Part shown: one piece after another, positions 59,911 to 64,000 of the stretch
Layout: each line of letters starts with the position of its first letter
Numbering within the stretch: the stretch's first letter is position 1
Assembly: GCA_041396705.1 (NCBI GenBank)
Contig: JAWKYB010000017.1
Coordinates: forward strand, 53,865-117,864
Source of the DNA: Alphaproteobacteria bacterium
GTDB lineage: Bacteria > Pseudomonadota > Alphaproteobacteria > CALKHQ01
Length of the DNA: 64,000 bases
Direction of reading: 5' to 3'
Made by a program: the position numbers and the translations under genes
The notes under the pieces: generated by a model
What the model was told of the DNA's origin: nothing
Database searches by the model: none
What the model saw: the letters and a program-made list of their open reading frames with translations, nothing else

Positions 59911-61197
59911 TTACAGCCGCTTGCCGCGCACCAGCCGCGATTGGCCGCCGAGCACGCCCATGGCATGGCGCATCAGCACGCGTTTGACCGGCGGCAGGCG
60001 GTTGACGGCGGCGAGCCCCAGGTCGCGTGCGGCGCGTACCGGCCCGATGTCGTTGGAGAACAGGCGGTTGAGCGCGTCGGTGACCGTCGCCAGCACCAGG
60101 TTGTCGGCGCGCCGGCGGGCCTGGTAGGCGGCGAGCAGCTGCGGTCGGCCGACGTCGAGGCCGAGGCGGCGGGCATCGACGATCTCCTCAGCCAGCGCGG
60201 CGATGTCGCGCCAGCCCATGTTGAGGCCCTGGCCCGCGATCGGATGGATCGCGTGGGCCGCCTCGCCGACCAGCACGACCCGGCCGGTGCCGTAGCTGTG
60301 CGCCATGTGCAGCGCCAGCGGATAGGCGCCGCGCGGGCTGGCCAGGGCCAGATCGCCCATGAAGTCGGTGAAGCGCAGCCGAAGCGCCTCCAGGAAGGCG
60401 GCGTCGTCGAGCGCCGCGAAGCCGGCGGCCGCCTCGGCCGCCTCGCTCCACACCACCGACGACCGGTGCGGGAAGGCGGCCCGGGGATCGTCGGTCATCG
60501 GCAGGATGGCGAACGGGCCGCCGGGCAGGAACCGCTCGTGGGCGATGGCGCCGTGCGGGCGCTCGTGGGCGACGTTGCAGATGAGCGCGGTCTGGCCATA
60601 GCGGTGGCCGCTGACCTTGATGCCGGCCATCGTGCGCAGCGGCGAGGCGCTGCCGTCGGCGGCGGCGACCAGCTGGCACCGCACAATGCGGCCGTCGTCG
60701 AGCGCGAGGTCGGCGCCGTCGGCCCGGTTGTCGAGGCGCTCCACCACCGCCGGCGCCAGCACCCGCACCGACGGGCATTGGCGGATCCGTTGCATCAGCG
60801 CGCGGCGGATCAGGTGGTTCTCGGCGATGTGGCCGAGCGGGTCCGTGCCGACCTCGGCGTGGTCGTAGTGCAGGAACAGCGACGAGGTGAAGCCGCCGGG
60901 CCGGCCATCGGAGACGCGGATTTCGAGGATCGGCTGCGCGTCCGGCGCGAGCCGCGCCCAGACGCCGATGGCGTCCAGCGCGCGCTTCGACCCGAAGGCG
61001 ATCGCCGTGGTCCGGCTGTCATGGCGGGTGCCGTCGAGTCGGTCGAGCGGGCTGCGCTCCACCAGCACGGTCTCGACCCCTGCGCCGCCGAGCGCCGCGG
61101 CGAGCGTGAGCCCGCTGAGCCCCGCGCCGACGACAGCGACCTCTGTCGTCAGGGTGGCGATTGTTTGTGCATCCTGGGCTGCTTTCTTTTCGGGCAT
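59911..61197 (-). CDS. UbiH/UbiF/VisC/COQ6-family FAD-dependent monooxygenase
   Basis: VAVVGAGLSGLTLAAAL and VLVGEAAHAIHPIAGQGLNMGWRD are present. Start is ATG 61197. Confidence 0.88.
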   Translation of the reverse strand: MPEKKAAQDAQTIATLTTEVAVVGAGLSGLTLAAALGGAGVETVLVERSPLDRLDGTRHDSRTTAIAFGSKRALDAIGVWARLAPDAQPILEIRVSDGRPGGFTSSLFLHYDHAEVGTDPLGHIAENHLIRRALMQRIRQCPSVRVLAPAVVERLDNRADGADLALDDGRIVRCQLVAAADGSASPLRTMAGIKVSGHRYGQTALICNVAHERPHGAIAHERFLPGGPFAILPMTDDPRAAFPHRSSVVWSEAAEAAAGFAALDDAAFLEALRLRFTDFMGDLALASPRGAYPLALHMAHSYGTGRVVLVGEAAHAIHPIAGQGLNMGWRDIAALAEEIVDARRLGLDVGRPQLLAAYQARRRADNLVLATVTDALNRLFSNDIGPVRAARDLGLAAVNRLPPVKRVLMRHAMGVLGGQSRLVRGKRL

Positions 61198-61199
61198 AG

Positions 61200-63854
<2,655 letters not shown>

Positions 63855-63866
63855 GGGAAGAGAACG

Positions 63867-64000
63867 ATGACTTTGCATGGAACTCTTGTGAACCGGCTGG
63901 CGGCGCTGCTGCTGGTGCTGCTGGCCGCCTTCGCCTTCATCGAGCCGGGATTCGCCCAGGACACCACCGGAGTCGAGGGCGAGGCCACCGAGGAAGCGGC
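63867..64000 (+). CDS. amtB: ammonium transporter AmtB (copy 2, 5' fragment; continues beyond the right edge)
   Basis: [44 protein letters not shown] is near-identical to the copy 1 leader after the first 8 codons. The glnK-amtB spacer is identical to that of copy 1. Confidence 0.9.
   Translation, partial: MTLHGTLVNRLAALLLVLLAAFAFIEPGFAQDTTGVEGEATEEA

Overview
This is a very GC-rich bacterial chromosomal segment with alphaproteobacterial hallmarks: split glyQ/glyS, NnrS, RTX-repeat proteins, phaB, an ECF sigma factor with a DGPF partner, and sigma54-type glnK-amtB. I support about 62 protein-coding genes. Most are housekeeping: xerC (partial), a frameshifted PAS hybrid histidine kinase with an OmpR-type regulator, lpdA, glyQS-metW, uvrB, accA, xseA, purD, argG, a BMP-type nucleoside ABC importer with cdd-deoA, and a UbiH-family monooxygenase. 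The unusual content is as follows. (i) A GntR-linked operon resembles the gamma-glutamylmethylamide/N-methylglutamate amine pathway, but it has one DAO-type flavoprotein instead of mgdABCD and an extra 138-aa unknown gene. Nearby lie a divergent Amt paralogue with a 77-aa membrane partner and a 350-aa unknown protein. All three promoter regions share TGRACCRAA-type repeats. (ii) glnK-amtB is tandemly duplicated, and the two glnK copies are almost identical. (iii) A REP-bounded, AT-richer islet carries a small orphan gene under a consensus-like sigma70 promoter overlapped by a Fur/Zur-like palindrome. (iv) A 99-bp leader repeat occurs once in that islet and again at the start of an RTX gene. 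(v) A cluster of S1 protease, DUF62, S1 protease and sulfotransferase looks targeted to the cell envelope. (vi) argG has no stop codon at the canonical position. (vii) There is a yybP-ykoY-like Mn riboswitch and a candidate sRNA. I saw no rRNA, tRNA, CRISPR array, transposase or phage genes. Many long ORFs in the track are antisense or out-of-frame artefacts of GC richness. All homology calls rest on motif recognition by eye; no searches were run.
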